Origin: a virus
Taxonomy: Duplodnaviria > Caudoviricetes
Virus record (IMG/VR): IMGVR_UViG_3300024265_000006
Location: 1-55,101 of that record
Length of the DNA: 55,101 nucleotides
Direction: 5' to 3' (one strand)
The number at the start of each line of letters is the position of its first letter. Position 1 is the stretch's first letter. A program made the position numbers and the translations under genes. The notes beneath the pieces are model-generated. The model was not told the DNA's origin. It ran no database searches and saw nothing but the letters and a program-made list of their open reading frames with translations. This document shows positions 54,905-55,101 of this stretch, piece after piece.

Positions 54905-55101
54905 CTTTTTCAAGCATTTGTTTTCTTACTTCCATGAACTCTTCTTTGCTCAATTGAATTGAAGCCACTACGCCACTTTGTTCAATTTTTTGTGGCTTAT
55001 TGTATCCTTCCATATCTGCCAGCTGCTTCATTGCAGCAAGTGGGGAGTGCTGCTTAATTTTAAATCCTTCCTTGCCGGCGGTCACTTCGGCGATTGAGGC
55101 C
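54894..55101 (-). CDS. terS: Terminase small subunit, 3' part
   Basis: KIKQHSPLAAMKQLADMEGYNKPQKIE...; same frame as the ORF starting at 528; overlaps the terL start. Confidence 0.88.
   Translation of the reverse strand, partial: ASIAEVTAGKEGFKIKQHSPLAAMKQLADMEGYNKPQKIEQSGVVASIQLSKEEFMEVRKQMLEKDDC
54975..55101. repeat. Terminal direct repeat, right copy
   Basis: Identical to 1-127. Confidence 0.95.

Noticed and set aside
54975-55101. 127-bp terminal repeat as a biological direct terminal repeat
   Set aside because: The length equals a standard assembler k-mer and it falls in the middle of terS; best explained as circular-contig overlap.

Overview
This window is an apparently complete, circularly permuted tailed-phage genome of about 54,974 bp. 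The first 127 nt repeat exactly at the end (54975-55101), consistent with a k=127 assembly overlap that splits terS. The host is probably a marine gammaproteobacterium, inferred from the SSB, Cca and PDF types. Layout: (1) a leftward accessory/recombination arm (1-18.3 kb) with a stand-alone TOPRIM protein, a full CCA-adding enzyme with HD domain, an HNH nuclease, a minimal peptide deformylase, TetR-like and PapB-like regulators, SSB and Erf; (2) a rightward replication/nin-like arm (18.4-30 kb) with an initiator carrying iterons, a DnaC-like loader, a Dam-like MTase, a frameshifted MT-A70 MTase, NinB, DUF1364, a homing-type endonuclease and DUF1064; (3) a leftward lysis and morphogenesis arm (30-55 kb) joining an HK97-type head to a Mu-like contractile tail. 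I found no integrase, CI-type repressor, tRNA or CRISPR array. The strongest leads are: a ~470-nt hairpin-dense noncoding leader with its own promoter in front of the HNH gene (candidate RNA-nuclease system); cca plus TOPRIM in a tRNA-less genome; an inverted Gp49/Acb4-like sponge gene; an orphan Phd/YefM gene with matching palindromes; a homing endonuclease that replaced the 3' end of its host gene; and a ~70-aa beta module present four times in tail proteins, once nested inside itself. All family calls come from motif recognition by eye; no database searches were run.
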